From contig JBDRHA010000006.1 in assembly GCA_043817235.1 (NCBI GenBank), positions 10,041 to 74,040 on the forward strand: 64,000 nucleotides of DNA, read 5' to 3'. The stretch is from Candidatus Shapirobacteria bacterium (lineage in GTDB: Bacteria > Patescibacteriota > Microgenomatia > UBA12405 > BS750m-G30). Below the pieces are notes generated by a model. The model did not search any database, was not told the origin of the DNA, and worked only from the letters and a program-made list of their open reading frames with translations. The stretch's first letter is position 1. The number at the start of each line of letters is the position of its first letter. This document shows, piece after piece, positions 63,230-64,000 of the stretch. The translations under genes and the position numbers were made by a program.

Positions 63230-63302
63230 TCTTTTTCTTAAAATAGGTTCTAACTCAAGTCCCTGCCAATCCGGCGGGCAAGTACCGGAATCTGCTGCTG
63301 TT

Positions 63303-63785
63303 TCATTCTATGGGGGAGAGGGCGAAAACATGGACGAAAACTAGTTCCCCTTGGTAAAAAATGCTTTCTTTTCCTGTGGTGACTGGAATATCATCTTCTC
63401 TGTCCATTATTTGGTATTCATATTGCCAATCTCCTTCTGATTCTGGCCCGAAGTCCTCGTAAAGTCGTATTTCGTCTCCGTTTTTAGTGATTTGTCCTTT
63501 AAGAAAGGCTATTACCTCTTTTTTAGTTAGTCCTAGCGACTCCAATATTTCTTCTGAAACAGTTCCTCCAGCGTAAACTCTGGTAAATCTTTTTCCATCT
63601 ACCTCAACTATTTCTTGTCCACCGCCTACCCTGTTTGCTAGCCACTCGTCGTGGTAAACATTGCCTTCTTCGGTTTCATAATGGCTTGATTCTAGCTCAA
63701 AAGGTCCTCTTTGAACATTTTCTCTAACTGTTTTGCCACCAAAACCTTCTTCTAGTCCTTTAGAGAGTAAAGCTTCTGTATTCAT
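63303..63785 (-). CDS. Hypothetical protein (DUF5680-like)
   Basis: YHDEW..GGGQEIV..YAGG..GKESIFYQG. Confidence 0.6.
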   Translation of the reverse strand: MNTEALLSKGLEEGFGGKTVRENVQRGPFELESSHYETEEGNVYHDEWLANRVGGGQEIVEVDGKRFTRVYAGGTVSEEILESLGLTKKEVIAFLKGQITKNGDEIRLYEDFGPESEGDWQYEYQIMDREDDIPVTTGKESIFYQGELVFVHVFALSPIE

Positions 63786-64000
63786 ACTCTTATTATATCA
63801 ATTGTTGAGTAGAGACTTACCCAAAACACAGGATTTAGGCTCAAAACAGGTTCTAGCATAGTAGTTCGGTAAACTCACTATAAATCCACAAGGGCCTGCT
63901 GCGTGTTTTCAGATGATATACTTTATTTATGAGAAGACCTATTAGGGTAGTGGGGATAATTATTAATAAAAATGGAATCCTTTTAATCCACAGAAAGAAG

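Noticed and set aside
63240-63856. Short AAAAYAGGTTCTA direct repeat around the last gene as att sites
   Set aside because: Only 13 bp with a mismatch in AT-rich DNA, and no recombinase in view

Overview
Bacterial chromosome segment read in code 11. Gene content and many near-leaderless promoters suggest a Patescibacteria/CPR genome, probably Microgenomates (inference). Housekeeping genes: comEA, split comEC, mscL, leuS, ileS, argS, mreB, prs, pth, ndk, secE-nusG-rplK-rplA, rplJ-rplL with an L10 leader, rpmG, split class III RNR, tgt, and tRNAs Lys, Arg, Ala and Trp. Accessory parts: a WxL/DUF916-like surface-protein cluster and several toxin-antitoxin modules. The most striking feature is a dense, layered set of small repeats: (A) TGTCAT-tagged REP/REPIN-like palindromes in about 18 clusters, two of which bracket a GIY-YIG nuclease gene; (B) CACACC..GGTGTG palindromes; (C) 16-17 bp GC mini-hairpins, often with 5-bp flanking duplications, one of which overwrote a duplicated tRNA-Trp beside a second GIY-YIG gene; (D) 7- and 9-mer tandem arrays, with the 9-mers forming 41-bp inverted ends around a four-helix-bundle gene. 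These repeats sit in frame inside LeuRS, IleRS, Pth and signal peptides. Also notable: an ArgRS fused to a B3/4 editing-like domain, a GXHH-type IleRS2, and an unassigned structured RNA candidate at about 48085-48235. All family calls come from motif recognition by eye; no searches were run.
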